The position numbers and the translations under genes are program-made. The notes beneath the pieces were generated by a model. That model worked only from the letters and a program-made list of their open reading frames with translations, was not told the origin of the DNA and ran no database searches. This document shows positions 20,245 through 28,831 of a stretch of DNA of 64,000 bases, piece by piece. The first letter of the stretch is position 1. Each line of letters begins with the position of its first letter. The stretch is from a bacterium (GTDB taxonomy: Bacteria; Hinthialibacterota; Hinthialibacteria; Hinthialibacterales; Hinthialibacteraceae): contig CAXXMV010000003.1 in NCBI GenBank assembly GCA_963662285.2, positions 64,001-128,000 on the forward strand, in the 5' to 3' direction.

Positions 20245-21040
20245 ATTTTATATATTGTTTCATCAATCGTTCAGAATTTCCACCCAAAATATCATTCAGA
20301 TCATCCTCTGAAAAGGGAAGCGATTTCAGGTAATCCAGATCGGTCTTCTGATCCGCCCAGGGCGAATCGGTGCCAAACAGAATACGTTGAGCGCCATGTT
20401 TATTAACCAGCGCCGTGAAATCCTCATCGGGAAAATGACCCAGTGAATAAGATGTATCCAGATATAGATCGCTTCCCGCCAAAACTTCCGCGACCTCTTT
20501 CCATTGATTAAATCCACCCATATGAGCCAGAATCATAACCATTTCGGGAAATTTCGCATGCAACGCTACGAAATCTTGAGGCGAACTGTTTAAAGTCGGG
20601 ATTCCAATATCATAACCTGCGTGAAACAGGGCGATCATATTTTCCTCAATTAATGCTTCATAAAGAGGAAACCAACGTTGGTCATTGGGATTGATCTTTT
20701 GGTATTCTGGATGGATTTTAACTCCTGGAAAACCACGTTTGGATAGGTCGCGAATCAAACCGGGAAGGTCTTCATAATCGGGATGGACTGCGCCAAAAGG
20801 AATTAAACGTTCAGAACGTAATGCGCCTGTATGCAGATTTATTTTATCTACCTGAGCCGGATGGGTTGCGACTGGTTGCAGCCACGAACAATCTATGCCT
20901 GCGTGATCCATTGAATCCAATAAACTACAGGTCCGCCCATCAATGGCGGCTGTAATGCCAGCGGTTTCAGCCATTTGAGGAACGCAACTAAGGGCGATTT
21001 TATCTGGAAAAGTATGAGTGTGAACATCAATTATCTTCAT
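20234..21040 (-). CDS. Amidohydrolase family (TIM-barrel metal-dependent hydrolase)
   Basis: IIDVHTH, GVKIHPEYQ, LFHAG, LAHMGG, RILFGTDSPW. Confidence 0.92.
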   Translation of the reverse strand: MKIIDVHTHTFPDKIALSCVPQMAETAGITAAIDGRTCSLLDSMDHAGIDCSWLQPVATHPAQVDKINLHTGALRSERLIPFGAVHPDYEDLPGLIRDLSKRGFPGVKIHPEYQKINPNDQRWFPLYEALIEENMIALFHAGYDIGIPTLNSSPQDFVALHAKFPEMVMILAHMGGFNQWKEVAEVLAGSDLYLDTSYSLGHFPDEDFTALVNKHGAQRILFGTDSPWADQKTDLDYLKSLPFSEDDLNDILGGNSERLMKQYIKSIQ

Positions 21041-21193
21041 TTATCCGTCTTCCAATCTCTATAACAGTTACATAGGTGAGTATATTACCATTATCTACAA
21101 AAATTCGGCCTAGAGTCAATGAGAATCAAATATATTTAATAATTCACCTGAAGAGAAGGATAGAACAAATACCACTATGACTAAACCAATAAT

Positions 21194-21262
21194 GTAGGGT
21201 GCGCCTCTTTTAGGCGCCCGGATGTTCTCTCTTCCGTCAGGAGAGGGCTAGGGTATGGGGGG
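21194..21262. repeat. REP cluster (families B and C)
   Basis: GTAGGGTGCGCCTCTTTTAGGCGCCCG followed by CTCTTCCGTCAGGAGAGGGCTAGGGTATGGGGG. Confidence 0.7.
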
Positions 21263-21273
21263 CTTTTCAAGTA

Positions 21274-22224
21274 TCAGGAATTAAGCCATTCAGCGAAACT
21301 GGAAGTTATGCGGTCACGGATACTGGCCATCAGGCTAGCCTCATTGGTTTTACCTTTTTCATCTGTAATGCTTGGAGGAGGATCGGCGTATTTTATGATA
21401 TCTTCAAGAAAATGAGTAACTTCACTTATTGTTTTGACTTCAGCGCGTAGACAATCAATATGATCGGTTAGTACGCTATCCAATGAATTCAATATTGTTG
21501 TGTTGATTTTATCTTTAACTGCGTCGAATTCCAAACCGCGTTCTTTTAATTCTTTCAAAGCTTGCACTAGAGCTTTAATCTTGGCTGGTTCCATTTTGAA
21601 ACTAGCGGATGCAAAATTAGGTATCAGGATTTCGCTGAGGTAGGTTTTAAAGAAGCCCGCAAGATGCAATTCGATATTATATATTTTGGCTTGAGATTCC
21701 AAAATATCTCTGAGGTATCCCACATATTTTGTAACCAGGGGATGAACTTGGTTATAGGTCGGCTTATCCTCTCCCATCAGGTCAAGCAGGCCTTTCTTCA
21801 TGTTGTATAATTTTACGGCCCGATCCGGCAATCTGTGTTCATATTTGTGCAGTACATCAGAATATTTATTTCGTTCGGTCAGGGTGAATTTATTATATCG
21901 AGATGTGAATAAGAAATAGGACAATTTCTTACAGCATTTGGCTGATTCCAGACTATCGTTGTAACTCTCGTTATCGCTGGTGGTTAAATATTCATAAAGA
22001 AGATCATCGCCTTTAAGTATGGAACTTATTTCACCTTGGACGCGTTGAGAAAAAAGTTTGTATTTCGCGGAATTTTTGAAGACAATCTCTATATTATCAA
22101 ATATCAATGCTCCATTAGGACAATTTTCAAACATCTTTTCACGAGGTATTTTTGGATTTTCACGAATGAATTCCGCAGCTACATCATCTTTTAATTGTTC
22201 GGCAGCTTGAATATAGGCTTGCAT
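21274..22224 (-). CDS. Hypothetical soluble alpha-helical protein
   Basis: 316-aa uninterrupted ORF with no recognisable motif. Confidence 0.65.
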   Translation of the reverse strand: MQAYIQAAEQLKDDVAAEFIRENPKIPREKMFENCPNGALIFDNIEIVFKNSAKYKLFSQRVQGEISSILKGDDLLYEYLTTSDNESYNDSLESAKCCKKLSYFLFTSRYNKFTLTERNKYSDVLHKYEHRLPDRAVKLYNMKKGLLDLMGEDKPTYNQVHPLVTKYVGYLRDILESQAKIYNIELHLAGFFKTYLSEILIPNFASASFKMEPAKIKALVQALKELKERGLEFDAVKDKINTTILNSLDSVLTDHIDCLRAEVKTISEVTHFLEDIIKYADPPPSITDEKGKTNEASLMASIRDRITSSFAEWLNS

Positions 22225-22649
22225 AGTTTTTATTGTACCTAATTGATATTGAAACCTTGCTGAGTATTTTAATGATTTTTTGTTTGTATTAAAAGGTTAA
22301 AAATAAATATATAACGTATATATACGTATCTCTTTCTATCTGGTTAACTTATAGAGATTCCTGTAATTTATTACTAAATTAACAAAAACAACTAAAATTA
22401 CATTACATCAAATCTAATAATCATATTATATATCTATACTAATCCATTTGATGGATTAAGTGAATACTTTTTTAATTTAATTTAATTTAATTCAAATCTA
22501 TTTATTAATGAACTAATAGTAAAGCCAACGATCAATAGAATAGCATTATTTTTAAAATATCGATAGATGTAATTCGATTGAATTTAAGTTTTTGTGTAGA
22601 TTAGGTTGATAATCACTATAAGTGTAGATAATATAATATAATACAAATA

Positions 22650-22689
22650 AATAATCGCCCGCGTAATCTGGTGTGCGCGGGCGATTATT
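22650..22689. terminator. Hairpin downstream of the ABC permease
   Basis: AATAATCGCCCGCG-12 nt-CGCGGGCGATTATT, followed by a T-rich tract on the minus strand. Confidence 0.7.
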
Positions 22690-22715
22690 CAGTGATAACT
22701 ATCGAGGTGGATCAA

Positions 22716-24023
22716 TTATATAGCATAGAAAGCCGGTTTCTTACGATAGGGCGCATTACTGCGGTGCAGCAGCAGCCACAGCCAAATTATGCTGATGAAC
22801 ATCAGGACTGCGAAGAAACTGATTCCCATAGTATTAATAATCATTACCATTTTATTATTGCCTAAACGGGAGTACTTGAAAAAAAACATTGGCCAAAAAC
22901 CAAGCACAACAAACATAAGGTTGGTGAAAATCAGGGATATCATTGTGTTCCATCTCAAGTAAAAGACCGACGCGCCTAGAAAAATGGCGACGCAAACCTC
23001 ATAGCAGAGCATAAATATCTTGAGATCAAAGTAGGAACATGCCGCTATCGGGAAAAAGAGCATAAAAGGCAGCAGGATGCAGTAAACCGAAAGTCGCGTG
23101 CGTGTAATGGGCAGGTTTGAGAACACGCGCAGCGCAACATAAAAATCCCGGGATATTCTTGCCAGTATTAAAACTGTGATAAGAAGAGACGCCAGCAATA
23201 TCATTTCAATTATGGTATTGTTATTGGAAAATAATTCTGCAATAACGTATACGCCAAAATTCAATAATATCAACAATAAAGAGCCAATAATGATGGATAA
23301 CACCGGTCTGGCCAAAAGCGCATCCCACCAACTAATCGAAGTATCTTGATCCTTCAAATCCCGGATACGACCAGTATCTTTTTCAGGTACTTGATCTTCC
23401 GGCATCTTGCGTTCTGACATCTTATCCAGAAACCGCGGCGCAAACCAAAATCCCCATGTTGTTAATAGCACAGACGCGCTGACCACCAGCATCTTTACAT
23501 TAAAACTGCTGTTCCACAGGTAAGCCAGGTAGCCGCAGACTATACAAAATCCAACAAACAATAAGCCATAAATAAATTCTGTTATTATTCCGGATTGTTT
23601 TTGATAAATGAAAGCTAAGTATATCGACCAGCTATTAGTTAAAAGCAGTGAGATCAAGAGAAAGGGCGCCAAATCCCAATAACTATACATTGCCGGAACA
23701 ACGTAATCACATGCAATTATTCCAGTGATCATTGTGACGAATCCTATGATTATTGGACTTATGACTGCTTCGAACCATAATGTCCTCGAAAGCGCCTCTC
23801 TTTTAACTGGTAGTGACTGAGCTGTCCTTCGTATATCGAGCCGGTGATAATCCAGCGTAAAATACCACCCCATTATAAAAAGTGCGATATATGAAAAAAT
23901 GATCAGCATATAGAAATCTTCATTTGAAGCCGAATAAGCGGCTAAACAGACGTAACATGGGATTACAAGACCAAATCCCGGAAGATAACGGCGCATGTAA
24001 TCTGCTAATAATCGCATATCCAT
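22716..24023 (-). CDS. Putative ABC exporter permease (two ABC-2-like halves)
   Basis: About 12 TM helices with two SLPVKRE/NLPITRT motifs, directly downstream of an ABC ATPase. Confidence 0.75.
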   Translation of the reverse strand: MDMRLLADYMRRYLPGFGLVIPCYVCLAAYSASNEDFYMLIIFSYIALFIMGWYFTLDYHRLDIRRTAQSLPVKREALSRTLWFEAVISPIIIGFVTMITGIIACDYVVPAMYSYWDLAPFLLISLLLTNSWSIYLAFIYQKQSGIITEFIYGLLFVGFCIVCGYLAYLWNSSFNVKMLVVSASVLLTTWGFWFAPRFLDKMSERKMPEDQVPEKDTGRIRDLKDQDTSISWWDALLARPVLSIIIGSLLLILLNFGVYVIAELFSNNNTIIEMILLASLLITVLILARISRDFYVALRVFSNLPITRTRLSVYCILLPFMLFFPIAACSYFDLKIFMLCYEVCVAIFLGASVFYLRWNTMISLIFTNLMFVVLGFWPMFFFKYSRLGNNKMVMIINTMGISFFAVLMFISIIWLWLLLHRSNAPYRKKPAFYAI

Positions 24024-24024
24024 T

Positions 24025-24903
24025 TTAGGCCTCCTTGGCTAAGGTCAGAGCGATGAATAACTCTTCCAAAGTCACGGGTGATTCAGAAATTTCCCGCGCT
24101 CCCATTGATTTAAGGCGGCTTTGGGCGTCGCTTTGCAGATCGATCAAGGCGCGCCAGCGGTTATTTGAATGCTCTTGTGGATAGACGCCATTGGTCTGTT
24201 CCAGCAGGCCGTTGTCATAGATGCAGTCAATCATGCAGAAGCGTTCCACTATATCTGAAGTCGGTCCTTCCAGCAGCATTTTGCCGTTTTTGATCATACC
24301 GATGTGATCGGTGAAACGTTCAATATCAGTCAGGCCGTGGGAAGAGATCAATACGGTTCGCTCTTCGTTTTGCACCGCGGCCAGTAGTTCGGTGAATATC
24401 TGCTTTTTGGATACTGCATCCACCCCTATCACCGGCTCATCTAGTAACAATAAATCAGGTTTATGTGATAAAGCGAGGATAACCGCCAGTTTGACTTTTG
24501 ATCCAAACGACATGGTACCGATCTTATCGTTCCAGCCGATGTTCATTTTTTCCATCAGTTCAACGCAATAGTCTTGATCCCAACTGGGATAGTATGGGCG
24601 GATGAAATGAATCAGCCTTTTGACCTTCTTCCAGGCGCCGAAAGATAGGTCGGGGCTGACATAGCCAATCCGGGCTTTTATGGCCGCTTCATTCTTGTCG
24701 TTATCAAGATCGAACACCTGAATGCTTCCATTATCTTTGCGTCCCATATTCATAATGAGATCGATAGTGGTTGTTTTTCCCGCCGCATTGGGGCCGATTA
24801 ATCCATAGATAGCCCCCTTGGGAACTGTTAAATCAATTGGACCGAGTTTGAAGCATTTGAAGGATTTTTCTAAATTACGTATTTCTATAGCATTAGCAGT
24901 CAT
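24025..24903 (-). CDS. ABC transporter ATP-binding protein (YtrB-like)
   Basis: Walker A GPNAAGKTT, MSFG signature, LLLLDEP and ISSH. Start placed at MTANAIEI (24903) after GGAGG. Confidence 0.92.
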   Translation of the reverse strand: MTANAIEIRNLEKSFKCFKLGPIDLTVPKGAIYGLIGPNAAGKTTTIDLIMNMGRKDNGSIQVFDLDNDKNEAAIKARIGYVSPDLSFGAWKKVKRLIHFIRPYYPSWDQDYCVELMEKMNIGWNDKIGTMSFGSKVKLAVILALSHKPDLLLLDEPVIGVDAVSKKQIFTELLAAVQNEERTVLISSHGLTDIERFTDHIGMIKNGKMLLEGPTSDIVERFCMIDCIYDNGLLEQTNGVYPQEHSNNRWRALIDLQSDAQSRLKSMGAREISESPVTLEELFIALTLAKEA

Positions 24904-25060
24904 TTTCTTTTTCCTCCATCTTTTCACGGATCAACCGCCGGGTCATTTCTAATATCTCGCATTCGCTCATGCCGGTTGCGGAGGCCTGATGCACCGCTTG
25001 CCGGATCATATAAAGATAAGTTGGATCAGGTTTTAACGCTTTAAGCTCTGCGTTATTCAT
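24893..25060 (-). CDS. 55-aa small protein paralogous to the C-terminal helices of the upstream GntR/YtrA regulator
   Basis: MNNAELKALKPDPTYLYMIRQAVHQASATGMSECEILEMTRRLIREKMEEKENDC. AAAGGAGG RBS, TAATG overlap with the gntR stop, and its 3' end overlaps the ATPase start. 17/26 identity to the GntR C-terminus. Confidence 0.8.
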   Translation of the reverse strand: MNNAELKALKPDPTYLYMIRQAVHQASATGMSECEILEMTRRLIREKMEEKENDC

Positions 25061-25473
25061 TATTTTGATCCTCCTTTAGCCTGGCGGATGATGCGGCGCG
25101 TCATGTCCAGTATTTCATCTTCACTCATACCCGCTTCGGCGGCTTCGGAGATTGCCTGCCGCATGAGTTTCTCAGCTTGTATACGTTTGGCTTCACGGTT
25201 GCGATCAGCGCCTTGTTCGGAGACGAATGTTCCCAGACCTTGTTTACGATAAATGATTCCATCATGTTCCAGTTCTTCATAAGCGCGTTTGACTGTGATA
25301 AGGCTGACGGTCAAATCTTCGGCCAGGTTGCGGAAGGATGGTAAGGATTGTCCCGGCGCTAATCGACCTTCACTGATTTCACGTTTAACGCCATCCACGA
25401 TCTGTTGATAAAGCGGCCCCGGCGCGGCAGGCGAGATCGGTGGTATGATTAGGTTTTTGATTGATGAATCCAT
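25060..25473 (-). CDS. GntR family, YtrA-subfamily transcriptional regulator
   Basis: PLYQQIVDGVK...GQSLPSFRNLAEDLTVSLITVKRAYEELE...QGLGTFV. AAGGAGG RBS before ATGATG (25476/25473). Confidence 0.93.
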   Translation of the reverse strand: MDSSIKNLIIPPISPAAPGPLYQQIVDGVKREISEGRLAPGQSLPSFRNLAEDLTVSLITVKRAYEELEHDGIIYRKQGLGTFVSEQGADRNREAKRIQAEKLMRQAISEAAEAGMSEDEILDMTRRIIRQAKGGSK

Positions 25474-25560
25474 CATTACCTCCTTGGTCCTAAAAACAGC
25501 GTTTAATTTTGACAATGTAAAAAAGAGTCATTTTCAATCAGTTTGATAAGAGAAAATTAT

Positions 25561-25760
25561 CAACCCTCACCTAGACTCTCCTAATCCAGTAGGGGCAATC
25601 CTTCATGGTTGCCCGATGTGAAATACCCGTTGTTGAAATGTAACACCCAAACGTAAGGTCAACATGGGTGCCAAGGGTAGTGTACTTTCTACCCTTGAAA
25701 GCCACTCACGATTAAACAAACAGGGTGGGCTAAAAGCGAAGTGTAGTCCACCAAAACCCA
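25561..25760. repeat. Composite REP cluster in the gntR leader (families C, B, D, A)
   Basis: CCCTCACCTAGACTCTCC, GTAGGGGCAATCCTTCATGGTTGCCCG (25589-25615), GGGTGCCAAGGGTAG...CTACCCTTGA (25666-25698) and AGGGTGGGCTAAAAGCGAAGTGTAGTCCACC (25722-25752). Confidence 0.75.
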
Positions 25761-25813
25761 CCCAAGCTTAGGATCAGCGCCTCACTGAACCATAAGAAGA
25801 CTACTTTATGTTT

Positions 25814-25850
25814 TACTGTATATAATAAGCATATACAGTATGCGTGTCAA
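25814..25850 (-). promoter_or_regulatory. sigma70 promoter with overlapping YtrA-type operator
   Basis: Perfect inverted repeat TACTGTATAT-7 bp-ATATACAGTA (25814-25840) overlapping minus-strand TTGACA (25850-25845)-17 bp-TATTAT (25827-25822). Confidence 0.8.
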
Positions 25851-25948
25851 TGTTTTTTTGACTTTTTTTTGCCGATATACACAAGTGTTCACTTGTGGCA
25901 CAGAACTTGCACTAATACGTTTCCAACCATTTCAAAGGAGAAAAAATC

Positions 25949-26314
25949 ATGAACACCATTACTGCCAACGAATATGAACAAAGCGTTTCCCAGGTATTTG
26001 AGCATTGCATCACAAAAATCGCTGCGGTTCTGAAGAAAAACTTTAATCCCACTGAATCAAAATCGATCATGCTATTTCGATTATTCTGTATGTCAATCAA
26101 AACCCGAAACTCTTGGATAAAAAGTACGACCAGCGCCAAAAATAAAAATAATCAAAATCCCAAGAGTTCTGCCATGCCAATCAACCAAAATAAAGATAAA
26201 AACATCGATCTTCAAAAGGTTCTATCTTTTGATATCCCCCAAAAGAATGGCGCAGAGTACCAACATCCCATAAAACCGGAGCACATGAAGAGCGGATTGC
26301 TTATGAAAAGGTAA
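25949..26314 (+). CDS. Hypothetical protein
   Basis: 121 aa, strong AAAGGAG RBS, helical N-half and low-complexity K/N-rich C-half. Confidence 0.55.
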   Translation: MNTITANEYEQSVSQVFEHCITKIAAVLKKNFNPTESKSIMLFRLFCMSIKTRNSWIKSTTSAKNKNNQNPKSSAMPINQNKDKNIDLQKVLSFDIPQKNGAEYQHPIKPEHMKSGLLMKR

Positions 26315-26559
26315 ATCTGGTTTTTTATTAATCCAAAAACGGCGGATAAAAATCGGGAAGGCGAATCTCATATTGTTGGTTATTTCTTTGTGAGGGTGGT
26401 TTATATCAACCCTCTCCTAACCTCTCCCAGTCTTGGGAGAGGAATGTATAACTACAGTATTTGGGATTACTAAGTCAAATTAATATAAATGGTTATATCT
26501 CAAAATCCCTCTCTTCCAAGTCTACTCTCCGTACACAAATCAAAAGAGGAGAATGAAAC

Positions 26560-26650
26560 GGGGAAAATCATAGATCGGGGAACATCATAGAATGGGGAAC
26601 ATCAAAAAGGGGAGCATCAAAAAGGGGAGCATCGGCTTCTAGCCGGTGTG
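26560..26650 (+). repeat. Tandem array of about 15-17-bp GGGGAGCATCAAAAA-like units ending in a GGAG-type REP (family E)
   Basis: Four progressively degenerate units precede GGAGCATCGGCTTCTAGCCGGTG. Confidence 0.85.
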
Positions 26651-26721
26651 TCAAATAGAATAGAATAAGCCCCATTACGCATAATCATTTCCATAGAGAT
26701 AGGGGGATGAAAAATGAATAA

Positions 26722-26933
26722 CCGATTTGTTTTGTGATGCCGGATCACGTGCACATCATCCTTACGTTATTGGAAATTCCAAACCTTGGATATCATTCGA
26801 TCACAACAATACTTCATAGCATTAAAAGTTATTCATCAATATAAGCAAACCGGTTAGGAAGGGATTGGATGAAATCGTAGAAGAGTATCCTTTTTTGTGT
26901 GAAGAGAATCGACGGGATTGGCACACCGGCTAG
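26722..26933 (+). pseudogene. Decayed REP-associated tyrosine transposase (RAYT / TnpA-REP)
   Basis: 26722-26844 reads PICFVMPDHVHIILTLLEIPNLGYHSITTILHSIKSYSSI* (HUH motif MPDHVH). Another frame, 26847-26933, reads KPVRKGLDEIVEEYPFL..., the NPVRxGL..eYpw C-terminal motif. Confidence 0.8.
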
Positions 26934-27006
26934 AAGCCGATGCTCCCCTTTTTGATGCTCCCCTTTTTGATGCTCCCCTTTTTGATGCTTCCCTTTTTGA
27001 TGCTCT
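26922..27006 (-). repeat. Inverted copy of the GGAG-REP plus four 15-bp tandem units
   Basis: CACACCGGCTAGAAGCCGATGCTCCCC followed by TTTTTGATGCTCCCC repeats, the outer ones degenerate. Confidence 0.85.
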
Positions 27007-27294
27007 CTGGTTATTGATAGAGTGTTTTTTCAGTTTATCAGAGGTAGGTGTATAGCCACTGCTTCAATTTCACAACAATGTGTACGGAGAGTAGCCCCCA
27101 AGTTGGGGGAGAATTCATGAGTGGGTTGTTTTCAAAAACTATTTTCCATTTGTCGTTATCATCATTATCCAACTGTTTTTTTTTGGAATAATCCACGTTT
27201 TTTTGAGTTGCTATTAATAAAGTGGCTTGAATTTCTTTGTTATGGATGTAGTATTACGTATATTCTATAAATAATACTTAAGGGGTCTGAAATT

Positions 27295-28113
27295 ATGAAA
27301 CGTAATACTGGGGTACTGACTGTATTGATTGCGTTATGCATGGTCGCAACCATGGTCAACGCGCAAACTGTTACTTCAATTGGAGAGATTAATCAGGTAG
27401 ATGATCAGGGTAATCCTGTGTTCGCAGGTTTGCAGACCACTGATAAATACACTATTGAAGGCGTAGCGGTTAACAGCACCGGCGCGTTTAATGGTATGAA
27501 TGATGATGGTTCAATGGCTACGGATTTCATCGTATTCGTACAGGATGAAACCGGTGGCATGCAGGTTTATTCCGGCGGCTGGTATGGCGGTGGAATGGCG
27601 CTTTATCCTGAGATAAAGCAGGGCGACCGGATTCGCGCTACTGGATTGACCGGGCATTTTGGCGGTAAGACCAATATGAACGACCGCCATAATCCTGACC
27701 AGAAATTTGAGATTACGGTGCTATCTTCCGGAGAAGAAATTAAACCTATCGCTATTGATAATCTGGCTGGCATAAATGATTTCGACCCAACCCGCGCAAC
27801 TGGCGGAGAGTATTACCAGGGACGTCTGGTTGAATTGAAAAACGTTGAGATCATTGAGGGCGAATGGCTGAATGGTTCCATGCTCACCGTTGCCGACGGG
27901 CAAGGGAATACATTTACTGTTGAATTGCGCCATGGCGCCAAAATCGCTGATTCCGCCCAACCGCAAGGTTTGCTGAATATCGTTGGAGTATTTGACCAGG
28001 AAGATCCCGAAGCGCCTTTTATGGAAGGTTATCTTCTCTGGCCGCGCTCCATCACAGATTTCACAGCTGCTGATGGTTCAAGCCAAGTCGATGAGTGGAA
28101 TCTTTACAAATAA
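27295..28113 (+). CDS. Secreted protein with two probable OB-fold-like domains and a C-terminal VDEWNLY motif
   Basis: Signal peptide ending VNA-Q, FVQDETGGMQVY, GDRIRATG, YQGRLVELKNV, NIVGVFDQ..LWPRS..DF. Confidence 0.75.
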   Translation: MKRNTGVLTVLIALCMVATMVNAQTVTSIGEINQVDDQGNPVFAGLQTTDKYTIEGVAVNSTGAFNGMNDDGSMATDFIVFVQDETGGMQVYSGGWYGGGMALYPEIKQGDRIRATGLTGHFGGKTNMNDRHNPDQKFEITVLSSGEEIKPIAIDNLAGINDFDPTRATGGEYYQGRLVELKNVEIIEGEWLNGSMLTVADGQGNTFTVELRHGAKIADSAQPQGLLNIVGVFDQEDPEAPFMEGYLLWPRSITDFTAADGSSQVDEWNLYK

Positions 28114-28117
28114 TTGG

Positions 28118-28777
28118 ATGATAAACGATAAGAATGCCTTTACCTTAATTGAACTGCTGATCGTGGTAGCCATTATCGGTATTTTAGCTTCGATAGCGGT
28201 TCCAAACTTTCTCAACGCCATGACGCGCAGCAAAATCGCGGCGGCTCAGGCTCAGATCGAAGCCTGTACGGTTGCTTTAGAATCTTACCGTCTTGATCGA
28301 AACGGCCTTCCGCCGACGCGGTATTACTGTCTGGCCTGGGGCGAGGAAAAAGCCAAGAAGTACTTTGAACTACCGTGGGAACTTACAACGCCAACGGCAT
28401 ATCTGAGTGACAGGCCGCTTGATCCGTTTAATACATTTCCGGGAGCATCCAGCGATGCTCCCGGACAAACTATTAAGTACCGTTCTCCCGGATTCGGTTA
28501 TTTCAACGATATGCCGACCGAAGAAGGCATGTGGATTCCAAAATCGTTTCCATTTGATGACGGCGACTATGTTTTTTACAACAACGCTTCGTTAGAGCAT
28601 CCAGCAAAAGATAGCCCGGTGCAGTATGGATTATGGAGCGCCGGTCCCATACCCAAAGTAGAAATTGGCATGCACACTTACGAACCGGTTCCTTCGCATA
28701 CATGGTACGACTCGACCAATGGAACCAGAAGTTCTGGCATAATCGTAAAATTAAGTTCAGGACAACATTCCCCATGA
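28118..28777 (+). CDS. Type IV pilin / GspG-like pseudopilin with prepilin N-terminal cleavage motif
   Basis: MINDKNA-FTLIELLIVVAIIGILASIAVPNF, then ALESYRLD, LTTPTAYLS..PLDPF, WSAGP and YDSTNGTRSSG. True start placed at ATG 28118. Confidence 0.9.
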   Translation: MINDKNAFTLIELLIVVAIIGILASIAVPNFLNAMTRSKIAAAQAQIEACTVALESYRLDRNGLPPTRYYCLAWGEEKAKKYFELPWELTTPTAYLSDRPLDPFNTFPGASSDAPGQTIKYRSPGFGYFNDMPTEEGMWIPKSFPFDDGDYVFYNNASLEHPAKDSPVQYGLWSAGPIPKVEIGMHTYEPVPSHTWYDSTNGTRSSGIIVKLSSGQHSP

Positions 28778-28831
28778 TGGGAATATGAAAAGTAAAAGTT
28801 AAGTTTTATGAATAACAGTGATGATATAGAA

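Larger units (their letters stand above)
26522..27094. mobile_element. MITE-like element with 16-bp terminal inverted repeats enclosing a REP-flanked RAYT remnant
   Basis: CTACTCTCCGTACACA (26522-26537) and TGTGTACGGAGAGTAG (27079-27094) form a perfect IR. An inner 51-bp perfect IR sits at 26600-26650 / 26922-26972. Confidence 0.7.

Noticed and set aside
25814-25840. LexA/SOS box reading of TACTGTATAT...ATATACAGTA
   Set aside because: CTGT-to-ACAG spacing is 15 bp rather than the 8 bp of the E. coli-type box. Position and form fit a YtrA operator better.
26560-27006. Possible CRISPR array
   Set aside because: Units are about 15 bp, directly tandem with no unique spacers, arranged as inverted arms, and there are no cas genes.
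27983-28117. N-terminal extension of the pilin ORF given in the ORF track
   Set aside because: It overlaps the upstream gene. The prepilin motif places the start at ATG 28118.
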